Shown in pieces: positions 38,476 through 48,678 of a DNA stretch of 64,000 nucleotides. The notes beneath the pieces were generated by a model. It did not search any database. It worked only from the letters and a program-made list of their open reading frames with translations, and was not told the origin of the DNA. The stretch is taken from positions 1 to 64,000 of the IMG/VR virus record IMGVR_UViG_3300014838_000020; one strand, written 5' to 3'. Position 1 is the first letter of the stretch, and the number at the start of each line of letters is the position of its first letter. The translations under genes and the position numbers were made by a program. The stretch comes from a virus.

Positions 38476-39156
38476 TTAATCTCGAACTAAGGAATAATTC
38501 TTTGAAATAGCAGGGTCAATAGCAATCATTACTTCTAGCTTTTCCCTAAAAATTGCTATGATTTCGTCTTCGTCATAGCCTCTAAGAGGTACTTCTTCCC
38601 TAGCAATGCCACGATATATTGTAATTGACGAAGGGCTCTGGGCTTCAATCCTTATAATATCCAGATCCGGTTGATCATCGTCATTCATTTTAATACTAAT
38701 TCCCAACCCTGAAAATGTAGTTAGATACAAGGTTTTCGTGTATTCTAAGGTATCAAAAAGTTCGTGGACAGTCTCAATGATCTTTCTCCAACTTACTAAA
38801 TCTGCCGACATAGAATTTACCGTTAAGATTTGACCTGTCTTTTTATCTACAACCAAATTAAGAGTAGATGAAAAATTCTTTAATATTTCATTAACTACTA
38901 CTACAAGCGTAGGATTACTTAGTGTTGTAATTAAGGTAGCGTTTAAAGATAATTTTTGTAAAAAATATATCATACTTATTTTAGAATCAAAGTAATATTT
39001 TGCATTTTCTAATTTTAGAAAAGAATCTTCACCTAAAAACCCGAATCTCAGTTTTTCATCCTTAACAGGAATAATATACTCTTCGGTTGTAAAACTATCT
39101 AGAACATTCTCAGTCGTGCACTCATACGCATAAGCATTTATATTTAACTTAACCAT
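38476..39156 (-). CDS. Hypothetical protein
   Basis: 226-aa ORF in the operon. Confidence 0.55.
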   Translation of the reverse strand: MVKLNINAYAYECTTENVLDSFTTEEYIIPVKDEKLRFGFLGEDSFLKLENAKYYFDSKISMIYFLQKLSLNATLITTLSNPTLVVVVNEILKNFSSTLNLVVDKKTGQILTVNSMSADLVSWRKIIETVHELFDTLEYTKTLYLTTFSGLGISIKMNDDDQPDLDIIRIEAQSPSSITIYRGIAREEVPLRGYDEDEIIAIFREKLEVMIAIDPAISKNYSLVRD

Positions 39157-39364
39157 TGTACTCTTCCTTCTCGTCGGTAATATTTAGGATATTGCATAGC
39201 TCTTGGCGGAATACTTCAAAGGCTTCATCGAGAAGAAACATTGCACTAACTGGAGCGTTTATTATGTCATAATCCGAAATAAAAAATGTACAGCTATATC
39301 CTCTATTTAGTAGATCTGGTTCAATCGTTATGGTGCTATTGCCTATACTTAGTTGTTTGTCCAT
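39149..39364 (-). CDS. Hypothetical protein
   Basis: Overlaps both neighbours; GAGG RBS. Confidence 0.5.
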   Translation of the reverse strand: MDKQLSIGNSTITIEPDLLNRGYSCTFFISDYDIINAPVSAMFLLDEAFEVFRQELCNILNITDEKEEYNG

Positions 39365-40074
39365 TTTTCCTCTTCTTCATCATATTCTGATCCATCACTC
39401 AATTCTATCACACTTTCGTTATCTCGTTGGTACTCTGCGATCTTATCATATAGTTTTCTTTGTAATTCCTGAGGGATGATCTCTCTAATTGCCTGAATAA
39501 TAAGATTAAGTTCATGGAAAACACTGTCCTGCGAAACGTCCTTCTTTTCTTGTTCCTCTAATTTTGTTAGCATCTCTTGAGCATAAATAATCTGAGCCAT
39601 GTTAGGAGCTATATCATTATTAACAATAGCAGCAAAACCTTTGTCACGTATTACCTGGAAGAACGCTTCGGCTGTCATGAAGTCTTCACCCTTTAGTAGG
39701 GTTTTGCCTTTCTTGATCGCCTTTTGCTCAATAATCTCTCTTACACGATTCTTATCTTGCGGAAGATGACTTCTGGCATGGTCACGAATATCATCTACAT
39801 TTATGAATTGTTCTTCTGTTCTGCCTAATTCAAGTTCAAGTAATCTAACATTCTTTTGTATTTCAACATACGTTTTTGGTGTTAATATTAGAGTATCTAT
39901 TAATGATCGAAATGATTCTATAGAATTACAGATTTTACATGCTTTACTAGGTTTATAGGAATATTTGATACCATCAATAGTTTCAGTTAATAGTTCTTCA
40001 GTAGAAACATTATATAACTTAGTTAGTTTATTATTCTCTTCTTTAAAAGCTGGTAAGTTATCTTTTTCTTCCAT
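39349..40074 (-). CDS. Hypothetical protein, candidate terminase small subunit
   Basis: CKIC...IDTLI...H...H zinc/HTH-like start, helical body, acidic tail; same operon orientation as terL. Confidence 0.35.
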   Translation of the reverse strand: MEEKDNLPAFKEENNKLTKLYNVSTEELLTETIDGIKYSYKPSKACKICNSIESFRSLIDTLILTPKTYVEIQKNVRLLELELGRTEEQFINVDDIRDHARSHLPQDKNRVREIIEQKAIKKGKTLLKGEDFMTAEAFFQVIRDKGFAAIVNNDIAPNMAQIIYAQEMLTKLEEQEKKDVSQDSVFHELNLIIQAIREIIPQELQRKLYDKIAEYQRDNESVIELSDGSEYDEEEEKWTNN

Positions 40075-40427
40075 TATTCAGTCCTCTTATGGGGCTTCTT
40101 ATCTAATTCATAGTTATAGTGACGCCAATATTCACCATGACGTATATCATCATCCCATCCACCATTTTTAGATTGAATTTCACGACGATATCTGCGTTCT
40201 AATTGCGTTGGTGATAAGAAATCCTTCAACTCAGAATGTTTAGTGATTCCTTTTCTAGAGTTTATGAGGATTCGATCACCTATAAATTCTAATTTGGAAT
40301 TAAAAGAAAAAATGTTCCATTTATCTGGTAGATCTTCCTTAGTTATCTCTAAGGAATCTAGAAGTTCCTGTATTTTAGGATGTTCTGGTTTCTCTACTGG
40401 TTTTCTAACTGGATTGTCTTCAGCCAT
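40074..40427 (-). CDS. Hypothetical protein
   Basis: TAATG coupling and GGAGG RBS. Confidence 0.55.
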   Translation of the reverse strand: MAEDNPVRKPVEKPEHPKIQELLDSLEITKEDLPDKWNIFSFNSKLEFIGDRILINSRKGITKHSELKDFLSPTQLERRYRREIQSKNGGWDDDIRHGEYWRHYNYELDKKPHKRTE

Positions 40428-40900
40428 TATAGATATTCCTCCCCGGTAGTATCAAACCCTAAAAGCTCATTGTAGTAATCTGCCAAAATCTTTAGTCCTT
40501 GGCGCTTTAGGAACCCAACCTGAGAAGAATACTTATTAAAACCCATGAGTTGAGCAGCTTCAATTTCTCTTCGATTCTCTAAACATATAAGAGTTATTGC
40601 TTCTTTTTGTGCATCAGATAAAAGTTGAAAACTAACTTTAAGATCAAAATCTAATAGATTAATAGTTATTTTATTAGGAAGTGCTAATTCAGGATTACCT
40701 TTTACCTCATAAACCCTCTGCCACTCCTTGAAGTTTCTTAAGATTTTTTCCATAAGGAACCAACTAATATAGCCAATAGGAAATCCCTGTCTCCTAGTTT
40801 TTCTTGGCGTAGGAACGCTGGTGCTTTCTGGATTGGTAATGTTATTTGGCTCGACGGTATGATCTAGAAGTAATGAGTTTCTCTGATTCTTTAATTCCAT
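40427..40900 (-). CDS. Sigma-70 region-4-like HTH protein
   Basis: LSDAQKEAITLICLENRREIEAAQLMG...V....QGLKIL pattern. Confidence 0.7.
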   Translation of the reverse strand: MELKNQRNSLLLDHTVEPNNITNPESTSVPTPRKTRRQGFPIGYISWFLMEKILRNFKEWQRVYEVKGNPELALPNKITINLLDFDLKVSFQLLSDAQKEAITLICLENRREIEAAQLMGFNKYSSQVGFLKRQGLKILADYYNELLGFDTTGEEYL

Positions 40901-41399
40901 CTAATTTAGAGCTAATCATCTTCCAAGCACTGAAAGAAACAAAGTATTCTAACCTCTGTTGACTAGTAGCAATCTTTGCTTTGGCTGTTCGGTCACCAGC
41001 AGTTCCAGATATTGCAGAGCGATATGATTCATAGAAGACCTTTTCATAGTTATAGTAACTAAATTGAGCCCGAAGATACCGCTTGGTAACTTCTGCGTCT
41101 AATGACATAATAACACTTCTAAGATTCAAGGATAGGCGATCAGCTTCTTGATCTGTTAACTCCTCTGAGTTGAACCTTGCTATAATGTTTTCAGCTGGCT
41201 GTAGATACTCATGCGAGAAGTTCTCGACAATTTCCTCAATTGATTTTAGGATTTCTAGCTCTTCTGGATGGGATTCCCAGGTAAATTCTCTCTTTACCCA
41301 ATCCTGTAACTCATTTTTACGGACTTCATCAACGGATTGGGGTTTCCCCATCCCTTCCAGTCCTTTAATGAACTCTAACTTTGTATCCCTTATGACCAT
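40842..41399 (-). CDS. Helical hypothetical protein (possibly UvsY-like recombination mediator)
   Basis: Coiled-coil character; GTAGDRTAKA segment; near recombination genes. Confidence 0.35.
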   Translation of the reverse strand: MVIRDTKLEFIKGLEGMGKPQSVDEVRKNELQDWVKREFTWESHPEELEILKSIEEIVENFSHEYLQPAENIIARFNSEELTDQEADRLSLNLRSVIMSLDAEVTKRYLRAQFSYYNYEKVFYESYRSAISGTAGDRTAKAKIATSQQRLEYFVSFSAWKMISSKLDGIKESEKLITSRSYRRAK

Positions 41400-41408
41400 A
41401 TTGTTATT

Positions 41409-41618
41409 TTACTTCTTACCTTTACCAGTTAGTTTATCTCTGTCAGCTTGACGACGCTCCCGTTGTGCTTCGTAGCGAGCATCTTCTGCATCATTATCAT
41501 ATTGAATTAATTCTCTACATTCTTGTACAAATTTAGAATAATCAACTGGATCTAAAAGGATACTATTGTCTTCCGTTTCAAATAGATAATCCTGATATTT
41601 ATAAGTCATTTTTGACAT
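41409..41618 (-). CDS. Hypothetical protein
   Basis: AAGGAG RBS downstream of a sigma70 promoter. Confidence 0.6.
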   Translation of the reverse strand: MSKMTYKYQDYLFETEDNSILLDPVDYSKFVQECRELIQYDNDAEDARYEAQRERRQADRDKLTGKGKK

Positions 41619-41647
41619 ATTATTTGCTCCTTTTATATAGTATTACT

Positions 41648-41676
41648 ATTGTAACATTTATTACACTAATTGTCAA
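41648..41676 (-). promoter_or_regulatory. sigma70-type promoter
   Basis: TTGACA-17 nt-TACAAT with TG extended -10. Confidence 0.7.
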
Positions 41677-41680
41677 GTTA

Positions 41681-42202
41681 TTAGGGGGTTTTCCAGTTGT
41701 TTACCTCATGGGCAACTATACCTATGGCTGCTGCGTCAAATGGATCTGGAGGTAAACCAACAAATTGTTCTAATTTTGGGTGTCTAATTAGAAGTTCTTC
41801 CTTAATCTCTTTTTTGCTAACACTCTTAGTTCTACCGAGTAGTTGGGAATGCCAATAGTTAGGCGTTAAACTATTATAGAGTAGTCCCTTTTGGAAAGTA
41901 ATAACCTTAAGAGTAATACATACTGCCTGTACTAACTCTCTTTGATTCATTCCCCCAAAACCAGGAGGTGTTTCCCATACTATATGAGTTACTTTATTCT
42001 TAGTAATAATGTCTTCAAACTGTGGTAATATCTCTTGAATTAAAGTATCCATATCTCCATTGAAAGAACCTTTATTTTCTTTAGTCCTAGAAGGAATTCC
42101 TTTTACAGTAAATAACTTTTTGGGCTCTCCATTGATGACAATAGCACCACCAATATTGACTGATCCAGGATCTAAAGCAAATATTACTTGACGTTTATTC
42201 AT
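41681..42202 (-). CDS. RuvC-like Holliday junction resolvase
   Basis: IFALDPGSVNIG, IVWE, TP..W....G....SKKEI, DPFDAAAIG. Confidence 0.85.
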   Translation of the reverse strand: MNKRQVIFALDPGSVNIGGAIVINGEPKKLFTVKGIPSRTKENKGSFNGDMDTLIQEILPQFEDIITKNKVTHIVWETPPGFGGMNQRELVQAVCITLKVITFQKGLLYNSLTPNYWHSQLLGRTKSVSKKEIKEELLIRHPKLEQFVGLPPDPFDAAAIGIVAHEVNNWKTP

Positions 42203-42456
42203 TGAGAGGCCAGCCTTTCAGATTTTGCTTTAGCCCATGTATACCGAGTTGCCCATGCTTCGCAATCCCAAGGTTCATGACCTCCGTGACAATCGTGAGG
42301 ACACCATGCAATGCCATCTTCTTCAATATCTGGTTCAGGACACGGAGTTTGACATATACAGTGACAGCAGCATCCACATTTGTAGCCACATGATGGGCAA
42401 TAAGGAGAGCCATAATATTTTGGCATTGGTACTGGAACGTCTGGTTCTTTACTCAT
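42199..42456 (-). CDS. Cys-rich small protein
   Basis: 12 Cys in 85 aa; overlaps both neighbours. Confidence 0.5.
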   Translation of the reverse strand: MSKEPDVPVPMPKYYGSPYCPSCGYKCGCCCHCICQTPCPEPDIEEDGIAWCPHDCHGGHEPWDCEAWATRYTWAKAKSERLASQ

Positions 42457-43198
42457 TATAAAACTTACAAATATGTCTAGCCGGACAAGTCATATATCTC
42501 TTCTCACTTCTGTCACCACAGCATCTCTTTAATTCTTTAGTATCGCCAGTACTAATAGCTACCTTCACTCTATCCCACCTGTCATATAGATCATTAAGTG
42601 CTTTATCATCTTTTTCTACGACAATCTCATAAAGATTATGAGGATAGGCTTTTTCAATGTATAAAAGAATCATCTTCTCTGGTGCGCCTGGGCATAGATC
42701 CTGATATAATCTTAGTTGCATCGAATAATTATATCTTTCCTCAGGTTTTCTACTAGTTGATTTGATATCGACTAAGTATTCTTCCCCATTTGGAAGACGC
42801 AATTTTAGAATATCAACTGTTCCAGAGATCATTCGTTTTTTGTCAATGAATTTTACTTCTACATCATCCATTTTGCAAAATCCAAGTTGGACTAATACAC
42901 TTTCTATTACAGCATGAAGTGCAGAACCAATTTGCATCGTTAGCTTTGACGTTGGAGATAATCTTTCATTCTCTAAAAGATCATGAAACTTCGGATGGAA
43001 CTTATAGTAAAGCTGGTATTCTCCTAGTTCAGTATCACTAGATGGGTGAAACATTCCGTCGAATATTCGCTCTTTGTTAATGACACGAATAGAGTATTCT
43101 TCCAAAAAAGAGTTATCTTTAATTAATGCCTCTTCCAGGAAAGGAATTATAACTTCCTTCTTAGCAAAGGAGGCTAGTGATCTGTCTAAGAAACTCAT
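42449..43198 (-). CDS. Cas4-like / PD-(D/E)xK exonuclease
   Basis: FHPSS, GSALH, ISGTVD, LVDIKS, QLRLY, C-terminal C..CPARHIC. Confidence 0.82.
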   Translation of the reverse strand: MSFLDRSLASFAKKEVIIPFLEEALIKDNSFLEEYSIRVINKERIFDGMFHPSSDTELGEYQLYYKFHPKFHDLLENERLSPTSKLTMQIGSALHAVIESVLVQLGFCKMDDVEVKFIDKKRMISGTVDILKLRLPNGEEYLVDIKSTSRKPEERYNYSMQLRLYQDLCPGAPEKMILLYIEKAYPHNLYEIVVEKDDKALNDLYDRWDRVKVAISTGDTKELKRCCGDRSEKRYMTCPARHICKFYNE

Positions 43199-43340
43199 TA
43201 GAAACCCTCAAATCCATGTGTCCACCTATAACTCTTGATTTTTGTTTTTCCACATCGTATACAGCGTTTTGTGATAGTAAACTTCTGGTTTACTGTCGGA
43301 GATGCTTCAACAAAACGCATTTTATGAAAACAGATACTCA

Positions 43341-43811
43341 TTATTTTGCCCTCTCGATTAAGTTAAGTAAGTCACTATTTCTAATTACTACTAAATCTTC
43401 TTCAATATCTAAATCACGAGGGTCTAGATTAACATAGCCTCCCCATTTTGTTTTGAACTCTGTTGGTCCATAAAACCTGATTGCCAGGGCCGGAATCATT
43501 TTGTGACTCCGAACCCCAGCAATCTGTTCAACCTCTCTCCATAACTTTTTTGTTATAGAGAAAGATTCTCTTTGAGTTGATTTACATTCAAACAAAAATA
43601 GTTGTTCTTCATGAGAAGATATAGGTTGTAAATCTCCTTTTTCATCCCTAGCTCCAGAAGCACTAGTCTTGCGGAGATTAGGGAAATAATTTGCTATATC
43701 GTTCTCATGACGATCAGACATCATTTGCTTTTTAGTTCTGCTCATCATTCTCATTAAAGTTGACATTGGATAGTGGACTAGACAATCTAGTAAATTGGCC
43801 TTCATCTTCAC
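43341..43811 (-). CDS. Hjc-like Holliday junction resolvase (true start probably near 43720)
   Basis: HENDIA...ASGA..EKGDL...LFECKST...SFSITKK.W. Confidence 0.75.
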   Translation of the reverse strand: MKMKANLLDCLVHYPMSTLMRMMSRTKKQMMSDRHENDIANYFPNLRKTSASGARDEKGDLQPISSHEEQLFLFECKSTQRESFSITKKLWREVEQIAGVRSHKMIPALAIRFYGPTEFKTKWGGYVNLDPRDLDIEEDLVVIRNSDLLNLIERAK

Positions 43812-43917
43812 TGAATGACTTCATCAAATCATCCACTAGTTCCTGAGGGAAAATAATATCCTTAGTTGCATTCTTCATTTTTGTTTATCCTTTATATATA
43901 TTGTTTGTTGTTACTAT

Positions 43918-45042
43918 TTAAAGATCGGGGTCATTAATATCTGGCCCATCGAAAAGCTTCTTACCAAATTCACTGTCTAATTCTTCTTCTATGTCCCTAT
44001 CTCTCTTCCTTCCTTGCTTGATAGCAGACCTTACATCTGCCAGTAACTCTTCCTTACGATTAGATTCTACCACAACCTTCAGTAGTTTGTCAGCACCTTG
44101 CTCCTTAAATTCTTTCCAAGAGAACCATGATCCGGCCTTCTTTACGACACCCAGTAAAATACTTATCCTATAGAGGTCGCCATCGAAGTCTATACCAACA
44201 TGGTCAAGGTACTGGCTTGTCTGGTTATAAAAATCTGTCCATCCTTGAATTAGGGGTGGACCATAAGAATTCTTGAGTGTCTTAATCATAATGGGAAATC
44301 CTACCTGCAAATCTTCACCATTCACCTTGTCAAAATATTTCTCTGTGCCTGGTCGAAGATACAAGACCACACTCATTTGATGCTTTACAGCGTGTCCTCC
44401 CGGTCTAACTAGTTGGTGGTAACCAGTTATGTCATCCCTCAACTGATTAATCATAAATATGGTCACATCAAATAGATCAGCCAATGGACCATTGGTTTGA
44501 ACACATCGTTTCATTACCGAGGCATTCCCACCAATTTTATCTTTTTTATCGGTTAGCTCTTGTTGAGAGTGAATAGTACCAGCAGCTCCAATGGAATCCC
44601 ACGCAATAGCACAGAACATATCGGACTTAATCATTCTAGTCATAATGTCCGTACCTGATTCAGCATCAGCTGGTTGGATAACTATCAGATTTTGGTCAAC
44701 AACAAACCCTAGTTTTTCAGCCCATTCCTTGTTGAAACGATGTTCGATATCAATGTAGCCTACTAACCTCTCTCCCTTGTAATAATCATAGCAGTCTTTA
44801 AGAGCAAGAACCGCCATAGTACTTTTACCACTATGTTCTTTACCAAAAATTTCGATTAGTTTACCCTCCGGCCAACCACCAATACCAAGAATATAGTCAA
44901 GGGTAGGAGAAAAGGTAGGAATAGCCTTTACATAATCGTAATCATCTCCCAATGATGCGACTGGCTTATGGGAACCTCTAGGAGTGAAATCCTTATTAAT
45001 TTCATCAATTAATTTAGTTAGTAGTTGTTTTTGATTTGCCAT
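43918..45042 (-). CDS. recA: RecA recombinase (start probably ATG 45042)
   Basis: LGIGGWPEGKLIEIFGKEHSGKST, YIDIEH, AWDSI, INQLR, PGGHAVKH, KAGSWF. Confidence 0.95.
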   Translation of the reverse strand: MANQKQLLTKLIDEINKDFTPRGSHKPVASLGDDYDYVKAIPTFSPTLDYILGIGGWPEGKLIEIFGKEHSGKSTMAVLALKDCYDYYKGERLVGYIDIEHRFNKEWAEKLGFVVDQNLIVIQPADAESGTDIMTRMIKSDMFCAIAWDSIGAAGTIHSQQELTDKKDKIGGNASVMKRCVQTNGPLADLFDVTIFMINQLRDDITGYHQLVRPGGHAVKHQMSVVLYLRPGTEKYFDKVNGEDLQVGFPIMIKTLKNSYGPPLIQGWTDFYNQTSQYLDHVGIDFDGDLYRISILLGVVKKAGSWFSWKEFKEQGADKLLKVVVESNRKEELLADVRSAIKQGRKRDRDIEEELDSEFGKKLFDGPDINDPDL

Positions 45043-45151
45043 TTTGTTTCTTTGTCTCTCCTTTAGAGATATGCTCTTGTCTATCTTTAATAAATGCACT
45101 GGGACTGCCAAAGGTTCTTTGACAAATCGCGCAAAAGTGACTGTTCTTCAT
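45014..45151 (-). CDS. 45-aa microprotein with C2H2-finger-like spacing, not in the ORF track
   Basis: MKNSHFCAICQRTFGSPSAFIKDRQEH...; AAGGA RBS; first ORF after the promoter at 45166-45195. Confidence 0.6.
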   Translation of the reverse strand: MKNSHFCAICQRTFGSPSAFIKDRQEHISKGETKKQNGKSKTTTN

Positions 45152-45165
45152 TTTTCCTTACTCCT

Positions 45166-45195
45166 AGTATACTATAGTTATACGGTACTTGGCAA
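45166..45195 (-). promoter_or_regulatory. sigma70-type promoter for the recA operon
   Basis: TTGCCA-18 nt-TATACT. Confidence 0.55.
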
Positions 45196-45197
45196 CC

Positions 45198-48100
45198 TTA
45201 TCCATTATTTTTCAACAGATCGAGTCTCCAAATATTTTGGAGAGATAAGCCACTACTTAATTTTTCCACTTTGATAAGAACCGGAGTTCCTTGTTCTAAT
45301 TTATCTTCAACCATTTTGAAGACAGATGGGAATACTACAATTTGTAGTGTGTTTACACTACTGATTTCTCCATCTTCATCTGTCTCTTCAATAAACAGAC
45401 TGTCATCCTCCGGTAGATCCAACACAATCTGTGCCATCTTTTGACCAGGGTTTTTGCCCTTCTTGGTAACTAATGGTTTTATACTAGATAATAGACCACC
45501 AACAATGACTTTCTCTCCGGTTATCATATAATCTTCACCAGCAAAGGTTGTCTCTTTTCTAATAAGATCTGTGTAACCCTGTAATGGATTAATACTTACT
45601 AGAGAACCCAAGTTTGCTAATTCATTAGATGCTCTATTATCAAGATTTAGTTCTACTTTTAGACACTTAATTTTTGAAAGTGATCCATGACATAGTTCAC
45701 ATTCAATTTTATGAGGCCTTTCATAATCAGATGCTGCTACAAGACCTTCCTTAGCTATAATGAAATCGAGTAGAGAATTAGCTGTGGTCCCACTTAACGA
45801 ATCGAATGTACCAACAGATATCATTGAATACACTGCTCGTTTATTAATTCTAGTTTTAGATTTTTCTATTTTATCTACAAAATCACCCATAGAACTAAAT
45901 GGCTGTAACTGTTCTATTTTTTCTGAAGTAACTCCAGAAATAAACTTAATTGATTCTAAACCATATCGAATTGAATTACTCTTAGTAAGAGTAAACTTTC
46001 CTCCAGACTCATTAATATCTGGACCCAATACTGAGATACCCAATCTCCTAGCTTCTTTTGTATATAGTGGAGCCATTTTTGGATTTGTCCTAAAAAGTGC
46101 TGTCATATACTCATGAGGATAGTGCGTCTTTAGATAGGCACTCCAATACGTAATCATTGAATAACCAAGGGCATGACTCAGGTTAAAAGCATATTGTCCA
46201 AACTTTTCCATCTCATCAAATATACTATTCGCTAGATCGGCGTTTGTTCCGTTCGCTACAGATTTAGTTACGAAATTCGTTCGTTCGTCTTTCATCTTAT
46301 CTGCTTGAGACTTACCAATGATCTTACGTAGTTTATCTGCTTCCTGTAGGGAGTAGCCAGCAATTTCTACCGCTATCTTCATGGCCTGTTCCTGATATAC
46401 CAGAGTACCTAAAGTGTCACCAAGTATTGCTTTTAATTTTGGATGTTTATAAGTTACAGGAACTTTTTTATCACGCTTCTGAAGATATAACTCAAGATAA
46501 TTCAATCCGGTTTTCTCATCAATAGTTCTAGAAATACCTGGACGACATACGGAAAGCAGAGCAGCCAGTTCATCAATACTTTGTGGCTTAAATCTCTTAG
46601 AAAGACGAGATAAGTTTGAGGTTTCCAATTGGAACACCCCTAGATTATTACCACTAGAGATATCATCCCAAACTTGTTGATCCTCATAATACTTTTCCCA
46701 ATTATTTGACCAATCATAGAAATGATCTAAAACATCACCATGACGTTCTTTGATAAGTCTCATTGTTTCAGTAAGAGTAGAGAGAGTTCTGATACCCAAT
46801 AGGTCAATCTTTACAAATCCAAGATCTTCCACACCATGCATATCAAACTGGGTACTGATTTCTTCTTCACCCTTTTCTGCCTTAAACCTCAATGGCAGTT
46901 TACCAATTAAACTATCCTTGCTGACAACCATACCTCCAGCATGAACACCATGATGTCTCAGATGTCCCACTGTTTTAGGCAACAGCTCAAATAGTTTTGG
47001 ATATTTAACAGTCCAAGGACCAAATTCCATAGAGTAATGATCTAGTACTTGTTGCCATTCTAGATCTTTTAATAGTACCCCATCAATGTTATTTTCATTT
47101 ATGACTTTTGACATCTTATTAGCATCAGCAATCGGGATATCTAATCCTCTACAAAGATCTTTAATAGCCTGCTTATGAGCCATAGTATTAAAACTTCCAA
47201 TACTCGCTACAGAATTTTTACCGTATTTCGTTTCAAGATATTCTTTAACGAGATACCTTTGATCTTTAGGGACATCAATGTCGATATCTGGTAATGATAC
47301 TCTTCCCACATCGAGGAACCTTTCAAAGTACAGACCATGCTTGATTGCATCTACTTCTACAATTCCTAATGCTTTAGCAACGATTGATCCAGCAACACTT
47401 CCTCGTGCAGGCCCAATTAGAATGTCATTATTTTTTGACCATTCAATAATATCTTGAACAATTAGAAAATAGCCTTGAAAACCATGATCAATAATTACAC
47501 CGGTCTCATACAGAATTCTGTTCCAATATAGTTCAACTTCATCTGATGGAATATAAGGTTTAATCTTAAGGTTGAAACCTACCTCTATATTTCTTCGAAG
47601 AACTTCAGCGTCCATTTCTTTGTCATTATAGAATAATGGCATACCATGTTGACGAGGGATATTAGCATTACACTTTTCAGCTATTAATCCAGTATTCTTA
47701 ATGGCCTCATCTACAACATCATCTGGTAGATAATTAAGGCGTTGACGACTTTCTTGTTCAGAAAGCATTCCGAGTTGATTTTCTCCATATTGAAACCTAG
47801 TACTGTCATTCATGGTTTTACCCATCTGCACAGCCGTCAGGCATTCGTGTAAATACCAGTCATCTGGATTTGTATAGTGAGAATCATTAACGACTATTAA
47901 TGGAATCGATAATCTCTTAGCTAATGCAACAGATTCTTTATTCCATCTTTCTTGAGTTTCATCCTGGTATGTATGCAGTTCTAGATAGAATCGATCACCA
48001 AAGATAGCCTGTAACCTCGATGCATTTAATAATGCCTCTTGTGGATTAGTTAGAATATCCTTACCGATCCAACCTCCCATACACCCGCCATCGACTATTA

Positions 48101-48491
48101 GTCCTTCATTATATTTTTCGAGAAGTTCCCAGTCAATTCTAGGATCATAATATTTACCTTCTAAATAAGCCAAACTACTTAGAGCCCATAGATTTTCTAG
48201 ACCTTTATCGTTCATGGCTACAATAACCATGTGACCAGTTGATTGTCCACGCTTTTTAGTTTTATCTCTATCAAAACGGTCTTCACACATATATGCTTCA
48301 ATACCATAGATTGGTTTGATGTCATATTGCTTTGCGTATTTTTCGAGTTCTAGATGACCACCAACTTCACCGTGGTCAGTTAAAGCTACTGCTGAATAGT
48401 TTAATTCTTTTGCTCTCTTGACGATATCTTCAACATAAGAAATGCCATCCAAGGGGCTGTATTCACTATGATTGTGCAGCGATGCCCACAT
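45198..48491 (-). CDS. dnaE: DNA polymerase III alpha subunit (PHP + Pol C family)
   Basis: LHNHSEYS.LDG, LTDHG, GPARGSVAGS, FERFL..R..LPDIDID, HAGG, KIDLLG, YAFNLSHA, GPDINES. Confidence 0.97.
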   Translation of the reverse strand: MWASLHNHSEYSPLDGISYVEDIVKRAKELNYSAVALTDHGEVGGHLELEKYAKQYDIKPIYGIEAYMCEDRFDRDKTKKRGQSTGHMVIVAMNDKGLENLWALSSLAYLEGKYYDPRIDWELLEKYNEGLIVDGGCMGGWIGKDILTNPQEALLNASRLQAIFGDRFYLELHTYQDETQERWNKESVALAKRLSIPLIVVNDSHYTNPDDWYLHECLTAVQMGKTMNDSTRFQYGENQLGMLSEQESRQRLNYLPDDVVDEAIKNTGLIAEKCNANIPRQHGMPLFYNDKEMDAEVLRRNIEVGFNLKIKPYIPSDEVELYWNRILYETGVIIDHGFQGYFLIVQDIIEWSKNNDILIGPARGSVAGSIVAKALGIVEVDAIKHGLYFERFLDVGRVSLPDIDIDVPKDQRYLVKEYLETKYGKNSVASIGSFNTMAHKQAIKDLCRGLDIPIADANKMSKVINENNIDGVLLKDLEWQQVLDHYSMEFGPWTVKYPKLFELLPKTVGHLRHHGVHAGGMVVSKDSLIGKLPLRFKAEKGEEEISTQFDMHGVEDLGFVKIDLLGIRTLSTLTETMRLIKERHGDVLDHFYDWSNNWEKYYEDQQVWDDISSGNNLGVFQLETSNLSRLSKRFKPQSIDELAALLSVCRPGISRTIDEKTGLNYLELYLQKRDKKVPVTYKHPKLKAILGDTLGTLVYQEQAMKIAVEIAGYSLQEADKLRKIIGKSQADKMKDERTNFVTKSVANGTNADLANSIFDEMEKFGQYAFNLSHALGYSMITYWSAYLKTHYPHEYMTALFRTNPKMAPLYTKEARRLGISVLGPDINESGGKFTLTKSNSIRYGLESIKFISGVTSEKIEQLQPFSSMGDFVDKIEKSKTRINKRAVYSMISVGTFDSLSGTTANSLLDFIIAKEGLVAASDYERPHKIECELCHGSLSKIKCLKVELNLDNRASNELANLGSLVSINPLQGYTDLIRKETTFAGEDYMITGEKVIVGGLLSSIKPLVTKKGKNPGQKMAQIVLDLPEDDSLFIEETDEDGEISSVNTLQIVVFPSVFKMVEDKLEQGTPVLIKVEKLSSGLSLQNIWRLDLLKNNG

Positions 48492-48627
48492 CTTCTACTC
48501 CTTTACCTTTATTAAACAAATCCTTCTCCAACATTATCGATTTCATAATGCTTATCTTCCCATTTGCGAAGATCTTCTCGAAGTTCTCCCCATCTAGTAT
48601 CTGTCATAATTCTCCTTATTGAGATAT

Positions 48628-48661
48628 GAGAACCCCAGGGATTTTACCCCCTGGGGAACTC
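48628..48661 (-). terminator. GC-rich hairpin downstream of ssb (probable terminator)
   Basis: CCCCAGGG-8 nt loop-CCCTGGGG perfect stem in an AT-rich intergenic region; no clear U-tract. Confidence 0.6.
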
Positions 48662-48678
48662 TCTCTTTGTATTTGTAT

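Noticed and set aside
42449-43198. CRISPR-Cas locus suggested by the Cas4-like gene
   Set aside because: No repeat-spacer array or other cas genes; solo Cas4-like nucleases are common in phage recombination modules.
45042-45111. N-terminal extensions of RecA (from 45111) and SSB (from 49623) given by the ORF track
   Set aside because: Downstream ATGs fit better; the extensions overlap a separate micro-ORF or the structured leader.
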